Shown piece after piece: positions 63,803 to 64,000 of a stretch of 64,000 nt of DNA. The notes beneath the pieces are model-generated. The model did not search any database. It saw only the letters and a program-made list of their open reading frames with translations, and was not told the DNA's origin. Both the position numbers and the translations under genes were made by a program. Origin of the DNA: Stegostoma tigrinum (lineage: Eukaryota); the NCBI RefSeq assembly GCF_030684315.1, contig NC_081374.1:11830837-11894836 (forward strand), read 5' to 3'. Position 1 is the stretch's first letter. The number at the start of each line of letters is the position of its first letter.

Positions 63803-64000
63803 AATTGACACACACAGCCCTCTCAGGGGAATGAGTGTTTCTACCTCTGGCTCCATGTTTAAAGCCCAGAAGTGTAACAGGTCAATCACTGCCAGCCAAG
63901 AATAGCCCTTCGCAGCACACGGGCTGGGGCTGGGAAAGAAGAAAGAAGCGTTTCTGAGTGCACATTGTTGGTGCACTGTGAACCTTCAGTGAGAATCCAA

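Overview
Vertebrate genomic DNA, almost certainly from a cartilaginous fish (shark-type HE1-like SINEs, CR1 LINEs and Neptune-type Penelope-like elements). The window holds a minus-strand cluster of CD300/pIgR/MDIR-type Ig-superfamily receptors. I reconstructed the exons by hand from splice sites and intron phases. Gene A (14935->4184, 7 coding exons, 415 aa) is leader-V-C2-Ser/Thr stalk-TM-tail with four ITIM or ITIM-like motifs. Gene B (48736->30675, up to 8 coding exons, 498 aa) is leader-V-C2-V-stalk-TM-tail with partly decayed ITIMs. It also has a stop-containing linker mini-exon and a second, orphan leader exon at 52091-52127. Between the two genes lie a pseudogene (C2 plus stalk) and relics of further copies. 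The V domains carry FG-loop motifs matching mammalian lipid-sensing CD300s (GLDPMF in A, WLRD in B; mammalian sequences recalled from memory) and are fused to FcR-like C2 domains. The rest is transposon-derived: CR1 copies (one near full length), SINEs, and many palindromic Penelope insertions with target-site duplications and minimal hammerhead ribozyme cores. There are also two unexplained near-perfect inverted repeats and a minisatellite. No database searches were run; family assignments rest on motif recognition.
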